Positions 1 to 8,773 of a stretch of DNA of 64,000 bases are shown piece by piece (the stretch's first letter is position 1; each line of letters opens with the position of its first letter). The stretch covers positions 7,058-71,057 of the forward strand of contig JARKQN010000102.1 in assembly GCA_029974835.1 (NCBI GenBank). The letters are read 5' to 3'. Under the pieces are notes generated by a model. That model did no database searches. It was not told the DNA's origin and saw only the letters and a program-made list of their open reading frames with translations. The stretch is from Bacteroidales bacterium. Lineage in GTDB: Bacteria > Bacteroidota > Bacteroidia > Bacteroidales > VadinHA17. The position numbers and the translations under genes were made by a program.

Positions 1-160
1 GCACGCAAAAATCAGGATTGGCAGGAAGAAAAGGAATGAAATTTTTCTGTTCATCTTTACGATTATTTTTTCGTTATCTAAATTGTTATTAATAAAATGT
101 TTATCTCCTTTGAGCGGGTAAATCCGGATCAGACTGTGTAAAATTATCCGGGAATGTGTT

Positions 161-187
161 AAACTTTCTTCCGCAAACAGAGTCTAA
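161..187 (+). promoter_or_regulatory. Putative ECF sigma (RpoE/AlgU-like) promoter, AAACTT-N16-TCTAA
   Basis: AAACTT at 161-166, a 16-nt spacer, then TCTAA at 183-187, 28 nt before the ATG at 216. Close match to the GAACTT-N16/17-TCTRA ECF consensus. Confidence 0.5.
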
Positions 188-215
188 ATATTACAAACCT
201 ATAAAAAAATAGTAT

Positions 216-533
216 ATGAAAAGAATAATAATCACAACCGTCATCATGTTAGTCCTGTCGGCCGCTTCTGTTTTTGGCCAGAGGAGTACAGTCCCGAACA
301 GTGCCCGCCAGGGGGCTCAGCAGGCGCGTATTGCCCAGGGTGCAGGAAGCGGAGAACTTACGCGCCGCGAAACAAGGGTTCTTGAGAGAGAACAGAAAAA
401 AATACAGATTGAAAAACGGCTGGCACAGGCCGACGGTAAGGTAACGCCAGCAGAAAAACGGTTCCTGAGGCGGGAGCAGAACAGGGCGAGCAGGCATATT
501 GCACGACAGAAACATGACCGCCAGGGAAGGTGA
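216..533 (+). CDS. Small exported basic helical-repeat protein (conserved hypothetical)
   Basis: Sec signal peptide ending in SVFG|Q. Two copies of a G-x-(L/V)T-x2-E-x3-L-x2-EQ unit (SGELTRRETRVLEREQ and DGKVTPAEKRFLRREQ). A-rich initiation region. Confidence 0.75.
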   Translation: MKRIIITTVIMLVLSAASVFGQRSTVPNSARQGAQQARIAQGAGSGELTRRETRVLEREQKKIQIEKRLAQADGKVTPAEKRFLRREQNRASRHIARQKHDRQGR

Positions 534-543
534 CAATCAGTTT

Positions 544-2676
544 TCAGTTACCGGGGGATACATCTTTCATTGAAAGCTGTATCCTTTTTCTTTCCGGATC
601 CACCCCGATAACTTTTACCATTACGTGCTGATGAAGCTTCACAACTTCTGAAGGGTCTTTGACATATCCTTTCCGGAGGTTTGAAATATGCACAAGTCCG
701 TCCTGTTTAACTCCTATGTCAACAAAAGCCCCGAATTTTGTAACATTTGTTACAATTCCGGGAACAACCATTCCTTCTTTCACATCTTCGATTGAGCGGA
801 TATCGGCAAAGCTGAAAGCCTTTATTTTCTGACGCGGGTCGCGGCCCGGCCTGGCAAGCTCTTCCAGTATATCCTTCAGTGTAGGCATACCCACATTTTC
901 GGAGACATACTTTTCAGGTTCAATCTTTTTCTGCAGTTCCGTGTTGCCTATCAGTTCAGCGACTTTAACTCCCAGGTCGTAAGCCATCTTTTCGACCACG
1001 GGGTAGCTTTCAGGGTGGACGGCGCTTGCATCAAGCGGATTTTCGCCGTTTCTAATCCTGAGGAAGCCGGCACACTGCTCAAAAGCCTTCTCTCCAAGCC
1101 TTTTAACCTTAAGCAGCTCCTTCCGCGAGCGGAACGGACCGTTCTGTTTCCTGTACTCAACTATGTTTCTGGCAAGCTGCTGTCCGAGTCCGGAGACATA
1201 ATTAAGCAGGTGCGGACTGGCGGTATTTACTTCAACGCCGACGGCATTCACGCAGCTTATAACCACGTCGTCGAGCGACTGCTGCAGTTTTGTCTGGTCC
1301 ACATCATGCTGGTACTGCCCTACCCCTATCGATTTGGGATCTATCTTCACAAGTTCAGCCAGCGGATCCATGAGCCTCCTCCCTATGGAAACGGCACCCC
1401 TGACGGTAACATCATATTCGGGAAATTCTTCCCTCGCAACCTTCGATGCCGAATATACCGAAGCGCCCGCCTCGCTCACAACAAAAACCTGTATATCCCT
1501 GTCGAATTTGATCCAGCGTATCAGATCTTCTGTTTCCCTGCTGGCAGTTCCGTTTCCTATGGCCACAGCTTCAATTTTATACGAATTGACCAGGTTAACG
1601 ATCTTTTTTACGGACAGAGCTGTCTCATTCTGCGGAGGATGCGGGTAAATGGTTTCATTATGCAGCAGGTTACCCTGTCGGTCGAGGCAAACAATTTTGC
1701 AACCGGTGCGGTAGCCAGGGTCAATGGCAAGTATGCTTTTCTCTCCCAGCGGCGGGGCGAGAAGCAGCTGCCTGAGGTTATCCGCAAAAACTTTTATCGC
1801 TTCATCGTCGGCTTTCTCCTTGCAGGTATTCTTAAATTCGTTCTCAAGAGAGGGAGAGAGCAGTCTTTTCCAACTGTCGTGAACTGCACTTTTCACAAGA
1901 CCTGACGAGGCATTTTTTCCCTTAACAAAAAGATTCTCAAGTATTGACAAAGCCTTTGTCTCGTCGGGCATGAATGAGAGCCTTAGAAATCCTTCATTTT
2001 CACCTCTGAGCATTGCCAGCATCCGGTGAGAGGGGCAGCGTCTGGCGGGTTCCGACCATTCGAAGTAATCTGCGAATTTGTTTCCGTCGGTTTCTTTTCC
2101 CCTGATCACCTTTGAAACGATTACGGCATCTTTTTCAAAAAGCCCCCTCAGCATCTTTCTTGCCTTTTCATCCTCGCTTACCCATTCGGCTATTATATCG
2201 CAGGCCCCGGCAAGAGCCTCTTCTGTTGTTGCGACTTTTTCGCTGATGTACTTTCCGGCCTCGGTTTCGGGGTCGGGAATATGTTGTTTAAAAATTGATA
2301 CTGCAAGAGGTTCCAGGCCGTTCTCCCTGGCCACCGTAGCCCTTGTTCTTCTTTTGGGTCTGTAGGGAAGGTAAATATCCTCGAGTTCCGATAGCGTGAC
2401 AGCCTCATTGAGTCTTTGCAGAAGTTCGGGAGTCATTTTCTCCTGTTCTTCTACAGAGCGTATTACCGCCTCACGTCTTTTCTCCAGCTCCTTCAGCCTG
2501 GCAAATTCGTCTTTAATAGTCAGGATTGTCACCTCATCGAGGCTCCCTGTCATCTCCTTGCGGTAACGGCTTATAAAAGGAACCGTGGCACCGTCGTCGA
2601 GCAGCCTGATTGTGTTCTCTACCTGCCACTGCTGAATGCCAAGTTTATCAGCTATTATCTTTATATATTTTTCCAT
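544..2676 (-). CDS. tex: Tex/YhgF transcription accessory RNA-binding protein
   Basis: GATVPFISRYRKE N-terminal motif, YqgF-like LAIDPGYRTGCK, DPKSIGVGQYQHDV, HhH repeats and a C-terminal S1 domain (FGAFVDIGVKQDGLVHIS). Confidence 0.96.
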   Translation of the reverse strand: MEKYIKIIADKLGIQQWQVENTIRLLDDGATVPFISRYRKEMTGSLDEVTILTIKDEFARLKELEKRREAVIRSVEEQEKMTPELLQRLNEAVTLSELEDIYLPYRPKRRTRATVARENGLEPLAVSIFKQHIPDPETEAGKYISEKVATTEEALAGACDIIAEWVSEDEKARKMLRGLFEKDAVIVSKVIRGKETDGNKFADYFEWSEPARRCPSHRMLAMLRGENEGFLRLSFMPDETKALSILENLFVKGKNASSGLVKSAVHDSWKRLLSPSLENEFKNTCKEKADDEAIKVFADNLRQLLLAPPLGEKSILAIDPGYRTGCKIVCLDRQGNLLHNETIYPHPPQNETALSVKKIVNLVNSYKIEAVAIGNGTASRETEDLIRWIKFDRDIQVFVVSEAGASVYSASKVAREEFPEYDVTVRGAVSIGRRLMDPLAELVKIDPKSIGVGQYQHDVDQTKLQQSLDDVVISCVNAVGVEVNTASPHLLNYVSGLGQQLARNIVEYRKQNGPFRSRKELLKVKRLGEKAFEQCAGFLRIRNGENPLDASAVHPESYPVVEKMAYDLGVKVAELIGNTELQKKIEPEKYVSENVGMPTLKDILEELARPGRDPRQKIKAFSFADIRSIEDVKEGMVVPGIVTNVTKFGAFVDIGVKQDGLVHISNLRKGYVKDPSEVVKLHQHVMVKVIGVDPERKRIQLSMKDVSPGN

Positions 2677-2741
2677 TGTGTTATTTTTTCCGGAGTATAA
2701 AAGAAATCAGTACATGATCGTCAGAGTGCGCTGTTCATGGT

Positions 2742-3923
2742 TCAGTCGACATACAGCACTAATCCTTTAAGGTATTCACTTTCAGGGTGATAAATATTTA
2801 CTGGGTGATCGGGTGGTTGTGATAGCTGGTGTAAAATTCTCACTTTCCTTCCCGTATTTGCGGCGGCGGCAAAAACCGATTTCCTGAAATTTTCCCTTGT
2901 CACCACCTGGGAGCAGGAAAAAGTAAAAATGACACCTCCCCTTCTTACATTTTCAATTGCCTTCATATTGAGTCTTTTGTAACCCTGCAGTGCATTTGCA
3001 AGGACATCGTTATGTTTTGCGAAGGCCGGGGGATCAAGAATAATAAGGTCATATTTATCCCTGCATCCTTCGAGGAAACCGAATGCGTCTTCACGGAACG
3101 ATTTATGTCTCTCGTCGTCCCCGTAATTCAGTTTAACATTCTCATCAGCCATATCGGTTGCCGGTCCTGAGCTGTCGACAGTATGCACCAGTTCCGCATT
3201 GCTCATTGCATAAACCGAGAAACCTCCCGTATAACCGAAAAGGTTCAGGACCTTCCGGCCCGCGGAATATTTGCCAAGCAGCATTCTGTTATCGCGCTGG
3301 TCGAGAAAAAACCCGGTTTTCTGTCCGGCGGCAAAATCGACCCTGAACCGGTATCCGTTTTCCTTTATCACCGGTGTGCCGGCCTCTCCGGCGAGAAATT
3401 CATTTACGGTAACTATTCCGGATTTAAAGGGGACTGTTGTTTCGCTTTTGTCGTACACGGCCCTTACTTCAGACGGCAACAATTCCAGGATGGCCTGCGT
3501 TATTTCGTTTCTCATTCTGAACATTCCTGCCGAATGCATCTGCAGCACCACGAGTCCGTCGTAGAAATCGGCAATAAGTCCGGGCAGGTTATCGCCCTCG
3601 GCATGGACAAGCCTGAAGGCGTTTGTTGAGTGATCGCTGAAGAAGCCGAGGTTTCTGCGGTATTCAATTGCAGATGCAATTTTTGATTTAAAGAACTCCT
3701 TATCCGGGACCACTTTTTCGAACGAGAGAATGCGGACGGCTATTGAACCCGGCTGGTAATGGCCAGTGCCAAGGAAAGTATCCTTATTGTCATATACGTC
3801 CACGATATCTCCGTCGGCCGGGTTACCGTATATTTTTTTTATGGCTCCCGAGAAGATCCACGGATGGAATCTTTTCACCGGCTGGTCTTTCCCTGATTTA
3901 AGTACTATTTTTACGGTTTCCAC
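2742..3923 (-). CDS. rlmI: 23S rRNA m5C1962 methyltransferase RlmI family
   Basis: PUA-like HPWIFSGAI, QKTGFFLDQRDNR, LNLFGYTGGFS, IILDPPAF and TFSCS. Start moved to the GTG at 3923 to avoid overlap with the upstream gene, giving 393 aa. Confidence 0.9.
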   Translation of the reverse strand: METVKIVLKSGKDQPVKRFHPWIFSGAIKKIYGNPADGDIVDVYDNKDTFLGTGHYQPGSIAVRILSFEKVVPDKEFFKSKIASAIEYRRNLGFFSDHSTNAFRLVHAEGDNLPGLIADFYDGLVVLQMHSAGMFRMRNEITQAILELLPSEVRAVYDKSETTVPFKSGIVTVNEFLAGEAGTPVIKENGYRFRVDFAAGQKTGFFLDQRDNRMLLGKYSAGRKVLNLFGYTGGFSVYAMSNAELVHTVDSSGPATDMADENVKLNYGDDERHKSFREDAFGFLEGCRDKYDLIILDPPAFAKHNDVLANALQGYKRLNMKAIENVRRGGVIFTFSCSQVVTRENFRKSVFAAAANTGRKVRILHQLSQPPDHPVNIYHPESEYLKGLVLYVD

Positions 3924-3933
3924 GGAGAATATT

Positions 3934-4533
3934 TTAGAAGGCTTTTTGCTGTGCGGAGTTAAGTTTCCTGTAGATTTCATAGCTGACCCATGCATCGGTT
4001 GAAGCGTATTTCATCTGTGCTTCGGTAAGAACATCAGCGTTCCAGTCGGTTACCTGCTGGCTCTTTGAGATTCTGAAGCCCAGCACTATGGCCGACAGTT
4101 TCTTCAGGCTCATGCTTTCGATGCCGTGTTCTTTTGCCATTTTCTGAAGATCGACAAATCCCGCCGGGTTAAAATTCCTTATATTCTGAAGTATTCTGAT
4201 ATCGTCGTGCACGGCGACGCCCGCCTTTATTATTCCGGGGTCGGAAAGCACGCCGATAAGCGGATCGGGCAAGCCTATTCTGTTAATTCTGAACAACAGG
4301 GCGGTATTGTCGAAAGCGAGTTGTAAGAGTGCCACTTTGTTTCTTTTGCCTTTTCTGAAGGAAGGCTTTGTTTCGGTGTCGAAACCGAGCAGCCGTGTGT
4401 TTCTGATCAGAGCCATGGCATGATCCATGTTCTTCAGGCTGTCAATAACACAGATCCTCCCGTTAAAGGCTTCCACCCTGTAATTTCCAAGATCTTCCTT
4501 TGATATTTCGGGCAAAAATCTTCTACTTTCCAT
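3934..4533 (-). CDS. 3'-5' exonuclease, DEDDy (WRN/RNase D-like) family
   Basis: ExoI LGFDTET, ALLQLA, GVAVHDD, SLKKLSAIVLG and ExoIII YASTDAW motifs. Confidence 0.9.
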   Translation of the reverse strand: MESRRFLPEISKEDLGNYRVEAFNGRICVIDSLKNMDHAMALIRNTRLLGFDTETKPSFRKGKRNKVALLQLAFDNTALLFRINRIGLPDPLIGVLSDPGIIKAGVAVHDDIRILQNIRNFNPAGFVDLQKMAKEHGIESMSLKKLSAIVLGFRISKSQQVTDWNADVLTEAQMKYASTDAWVSYEIYRKLNSAQQKAF

Positions 4534-5146
4534 CTTTTCTGTAATCTTTCTGTCTCCTGCTCAGTATCCAGCTTTCGCGGTATTTTTCTTCATCCTCGCT
4601 GCCCGGTTTCTCAGGTTCCAGTCCGATCTCCTCGCCCGAATATATAAGTCTGTGAATGGCTCTGAGGGAGTTAAGCAGTTTCTGTCCCCAGTAGTTCTCA
4701 AAATTCATTCTGCATTCCCAGACGGCATCATTCATTATCTCGTTGGTTCCGGTCTGGTACAGTATCAGGAAGTCTTTCAGGTCCTGGTATATATCTGCAA
4801 TATTTTCAGCAAGGCTGGCAACGACAGGAGTGTCGGAATCATGCATTCTTTCGTCGAACACCTCCAGGTAGCTGTCGGCAGTGCCGAGCTTTGCCTTAAG
4901 TTCATCATGTATTTTATTCCAGTCCTCCTCCCTTACGAATTTTTCATTTCCCTCCCCGAAAACAGGTTCAAGTTCGGGCAGAAGCGAAGCCTTCAGATAG
5001 ATGAAGGGCAGCAGACGCTGGTAGATCTTAAGCAGTTCTATTCCCTCAATTTCCCCGTTTCGTTCGGTGTATTTGCAGAATTCGTTTGCAGAAGCCACGA
5101 ATTCGACAACAGAACCTGAAAAAAGGGGGTCTGGTGATTTTGTCAT
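4523..5146 (-). CDS. DUF5063 domain-containing protein
   Basis: VEFVASANEFC, LLPFIYLKASLLP, ENIADIYQDLKDF and FENYWGQKLLN match my recollection of the Bacteroidota DUF5063 family. ATG 5146 preferred over TTG 5167, which lies inside a promoter motif. Confidence 0.8.
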   Translation of the reverse strand: MTKSPDPLFSGSVVEFVASANEFCKYTERNGEIEGIELLKIYQRLLPFIYLKASLLPELEPVFGEGNEKFVREEDWNKIHDELKAKLGTADSYLEVFDERMHDSDTPVVASLAENIADIYQDLKDFLILYQTGTNEIMNDAVWECRMNFENYWGQKLLNSLRAIHRLIYSGEEIGLEPEKPGSEDEEKYRESWILSRRQKDYRKDGK

Positions 5147-5164
5147 TTCCTGAAATTCAGATGG

Positions 5165-5182
5165 CAAAATTATGCAAATTTA
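5165..5182 (-). promoter_or_regulatory. Two tandem Bacteroidota -7 elements (TAAATTTG, TAATTTTG)
   Basis: Reverse complements of 5175-5182 and 5165-5172 match TAnnTTTG, upstream of DUF5063. Confidence 0.55.
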
Positions 5183-7096
5183 TTCTTTAACTGCCCAGCG
5201 GAGTCTCATATTCTCGTCGGGGACTATTTTTTTATGATCGAGGAGCCACCGGATAACCCTTACGGCCTTTTCGGGAGGATAACCGGTTTTTTCCGCCAGG
5301 CTTCCGGCGTCGGGGTTTTCTTTTGAAAGTATCTCCTTAATTGCCTTCAGAATCAGGTCGAACTCATATTCACTCAGTTCCAGTTCATTTCTTTTTCTGC
5401 ATACATCGCAGTTGCCGCACCTTTCGGCCTCCTCACCGAAATAACCGAGCAGCATGACCGACCGGCACTTTGTATCAGTTTCGGCATATTCGATCATTTT
5501 GTCGAGCCGGCTGATATATTTCTCCTTAACATGAAGATAGTTTTCAGGCGAGATATAGAGTGATTTTCTTTCAAGCCGCTCTGCGGTAAAGATTATCAGG
5601 GGAGTCTTTTTCCCCGGTATATAATGAATGATGTTCAGGGCCGACAGCTTTACGAGGAACTGGTAAATGGCATCCCGTGTAACGCCTGCCCTGGCAGCGA
5701 GCGAATCTTCGTTAATAACCACGTATTCGGTAAACATTCCGCTATATGAGCGCAGCAGCAGTTTAATGAATTTATCGTAGGCTTCATTGGCTACCTGGAA
5801 TTTATACAGGTCATCGCGTCCAACGATGAAGTGGACCCGCGACGGGTTATTTATTTCTTCGGTAAATTCGAGGTATCCCTCCCTCTGCAGGAACAGCAGG
5901 CTGTTATAGGTATCAATAACCGGCAGGCGGTATTTTGCGACGAATTCCTGCATATTGAAATCATGGACGGTATCTTTTCCTGAGCCTACCGGCATCTGGA
6001 GGTGATTGCAGAGAAGTTCATAGACATCCTTTATTTTTTCCACGGGGGGAAACTTATGAGCCACGCTCTGCATGAGCCGGTTTTTGTCGGCTTCGGTATA
6101 AAGGAGAACCGCCCACGACTGCTTTCCGTCACGTCCTGCCCTTCCCGTCTCCTGGAAATAAGATTCTATTGAATCGGGTATGTCCCAGTGAATGACGAAT
6201 CTGACATCAGGTTTATCGATCCCCATTCCGAAAGCATTTGTGGCCACGATTATTTTTGTTTTTCCTTCCATCCATGCTTTCTGTTTTTTGTCGCGGGTTT
6301 CCTGGACCAGTCCGGCATGGTAAAAATCGGCGCTGAAGCCTTTGCCCGATATCAGTTCGGCCACCTCGCGCGATTTCTTCCTGCTTCTTACATATACGAT
6401 TCCTGTACCATTTATATTTCCAAGTGTACTGACAAGGTAAGTACCTTTGTCCTCAACTTTTCGCACGAGATAAGAAATATTTTTTCGCTCAAAGCTTGTC
6501 TTCAGTACATTTCTCTGCCTGAACGCGAGCTTGTCCATTATGTCGTCGGCTACTTTTTCTGTAGCAGATGCGGTGAGAGCAAGAAATGGCGGATTCGACT
6601 GAAGGAGATCACGAAGCTCCGGAATTCTCAGGTATGAGGGTCTGAAATCATATCCCCATTGTGAAATACAGTGCGCCTCATCCACGGCAACGAGGGAGAC
6701 GTTCAGCCGGGGAGCCTTACTCCGGAACAGAGGGGTTGTTATCCTTTCAGGCGACATGTAAAGAAATTTATAATCACCGTATATGCAGTTGTCGAGTGTA
6801 ATTTCAATCTCCTCCCTTGTAAGGCCAGAATGGATCATCAGTGTCTTGATTTCCATGCTGTTCAGTTTTGCCACCTGCTCTTTCATCAAGGCAATAAGAG
6901 GGGTTATCACAAGACATATGCCGTCGAGGGCGATGCCCGGTACCTGGAATGTGAGCGACTTTCCTCCGCCTGTGGGCATGAGGCCCAGTGTGTCTTTACC
7001 CTCTGTCACCGACCTTATAATCTCTTCCTGCAAAGGCCTGAAGGAGGTAAAGCCCCAGTATCTGGTAAGGATTTTTCTGCATTGTTCAAGTTCCAT
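5180..7096 (-). CDS. recQ: RecQ family ATP-dependent DNA helicase (no HRDC domain)
   Basis: MPTGGGKS Walker A, VDEAHCISQWGYDFRPSY, ATNAFGMGIDKPDVR, QETGRAGRDG and a Zn-binding CRS...CGNCDVC. Confidence 0.92.
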   Translation of the reverse strand: MELEQCRKILTRYWGFTSFRPLQEEIIRSVTEGKDTLGLMPTGGGKSLTFQVPGIALDGICLVITPLIALMKEQVAKLNSMEIKTLMIHSGLTREEIEITLDNCIYGDYKFLYMSPERITTPLFRSKAPRLNVSLVAVDEAHCISQWGYDFRPSYLRIPELRDLLQSNPPFLALTASATEKVADDIMDKLAFRQRNVLKTSFERKNISYLVRKVEDKGTYLVSTLGNINGTGIVYVRSRKKSREVAELISGKGFSADFYHAGLVQETRDKKQKAWMEGKTKIIVATNAFGMGIDKPDVRFVIHWDIPDSIESYFQETGRAGRDGKQSWAVLLYTEADKNRLMQSVAHKFPPVEKIKDVYELLCNHLQMPVGSGKDTVHDFNMQEFVAKYRLPVIDTYNSLLFLQREGYLEFTEEINNPSRVHFIVGRDDLYKFQVANEAYDKFIKLLLRSYSGMFTEYVVINEDSLAARAGVTRDAIYQFLVKLSALNIIHYIPGKKTPLIIFTAERLERKSLYISPENYLHVKEKYISRLDKMIEYAETDTKCRSVMLLGYFGEEAERCGNCDVCRKRNELELSEYEFDLILKAIKEILSKENPDAGSLAEKTGYPPEKAVRVIRWLLDHKKIVPDENMRLRWAVKE

Positions 7097-7272
7097 CAGA
7101 TCAGACAGATAAAAAAGATAAGTGTATCAAAAAAGAACTGTTCCGGAAATCATACTTAATATACAAAAATAATAACTGTAATCCAATTTTTTAACATTAA
7201 CAAAATACCGGCTCTTTTTCCCCTGTAGCTATTTTTTTTGTAATTTGCGCCGCAAACCGAAAAGAGTCAGCC

Positions 7273-8754
7273 ATGTCGTTTATAAAAGATAAAATACTGT
7301 TTGAAGGACTAACCTTTGATGATGTACTTCTGATCCCGGCCTATTCCGAGGTGCTGCCCCGCGAAGTGGATATAAGCACGATGTTTTCAAGAAGGATAAG
7401 GCTTAACACGCCGGTTGTTTCGGCAGCGATGGATACCGTTACCGAGGCTGAAATGGCAATCGCCATTGCCCGCGAAGGGGGCATCGGGGTTATTCACAAA
7501 AACATGTCGATCGACAAGCAGGCCTCGCAGGTAAGGAAGGTTAAACGGGCTGAAAGCGTAATGATTCTTGAACCCGTTACCATAAACCCTGACGCCACCG
7601 TTGCAGAGGCACTGAACCTGATGAGGGAATACAAGATAGGGGGCATACCTGTCACCGACCGCAACGGGATACTGAAAGGTATTGTCACCAACCGCGACCT
7701 TCGTTTTGAAAACAATTCCTCAAGGAAGATTTCGGAAGTGATGACCACAGATCTCATCACCAGCGACAACCAGGTTAACCTTGAGGAAGCCGCTAGAATC
7801 CTCCAGAAGCATAAGATTGAAAAACTGCCTGTCGTTGACGAGAATAACAAACTTATAGGTCTTATCACATACAAGGATATAACCAAAACCAAGGACAGAC
7901 CGAGTGCCTGCAAGGATGAGAAAGGGAGGCTGAGGGTTGCCGGAGCAGTGGGTATTGCAGCCGATACTATTGAAAGGGCCGATGCACTCATTAATGCAGG
8001 AGTCGATGCGCTGGTAATTGACACCGCCCACGGGCATACAAGAAACGTAATTAACATTCTGAGGGAGATAAAAAAGAAATACGGAACCATAGAAGTTGTT
8101 GCCGGAAATATAGGAACCCCCGAAGCTGCCAAGAGACTGGTAAGTGAAGGGGCCGACGGGGTTAAGGTGGGCATCGGGCCGGGATCAATATGCACAACAC
8201 GCATAATAGCAGGCGTCGGGATACCTCAGTTGTCAGCCGTGTATAACGTAGCCAAAGCTATACAGGGATCAGGAGTACCGGTTATTGCCGACGGAGGAGT
8301 GAGGTATTCGGGAGATATCATAAAAGCCATTGCCGCCGGCGCAGACTCCATCATGGCAGGTTCTCTATTTGCAGGCGTAGAGGAGTCGCCGGGCGAAACC
8401 ATCATCTACAACGGCAGAAAATTCAAAACTTACAGGGGAATGGGTTCAGTGGAAGCCATGAACCAGGGCTCGAAGGACAGGTACTTCCAGGATGTTGAAG
8501 ACGACATCAAAAAGCTTGTGCCGGAAGGCATCGAAGCCCGGGTACCCTACAAAGGCTCTCTTTCGGAGGTGATCTTCCAGATGATAGGAGGCCTCAGGGC
8601 AGGTATGGGCTATCTCGGCACACCCGATATTGAAACCCTCAAGAAAGAGGCAAAATTTGTCCGCATAACCGGGGCAGGTATCGTGGAGAGCCATCCTCAC
8701 GATGTTACTATTACCCGCGAAGCTCCCAATTACAGCAGGAAATCATTTGAGTAA
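7273..8754 (+). CDS. guaB: IMP dehydrogenase
   Basis: [19 protein letters not shown], a CBS pair and the catalytic [11 protein letters not shown] loop. Confidence 0.98.
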   Translation: MSFIKDKILFEGLTFDDVLLIPAYSEVLPREVDISTMFSRRIRLNTPVVSAAMDTVTEAEMAIAIAREGGIGVIHKNMSIDKQASQVRKVKRAESVMILEPVTINPDATVAEALNLMREYKIGGIPVTDRNGILKGIVTNRDLRFENNSSRKISEVMTTDLITSDNQVNLEEAARILQKHKIEKLPVVDENNKLIGLITYKDITKTKDRPSACKDEKGRLRVAGAVGIAADTIERADALINAGVDALVIDTAHGHTRNVINILREIKKKYGTIEVVAGNIGTPEAAKRLVSEGADGVKVGIGPGSICTTRIIAGVGIPQLSAVYNVAKAIQGSGVPVIADGGVRYSGDIIKAIAAGADSIMAGSLFAGVEESPGETIIYNGRKFKTYRGMGSVEAMNQGSKDRYFQDVEDDIKKLVPEGIEARVPYKGSLSEVIFQMIGGLRAGMGYLGTPDIETLKKEAKFVRITGAGIVESHPHDVTITREAPNYSRKSFE

Positions 8755-8773
8755 CCTGCCCTGAGAATCACAG

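Noticed and set aside
1015-1905. 296-aa plus-strand ORF
   Set aside because: It lies fully antisense within tex and has no recognisable motifs; it is a shadow ORF.
3924-3995. N-terminal extension of rlmI in the ORF track (MHGSAMK...)
   Set aside because: It overlaps the 3' end of the exonuclease in another frame. The GTG at 3923 gives a normal-length RlmI.
7494-8204. 236-aa minus-strand ORF
   Set aside because: Antisense shadow of guaB.
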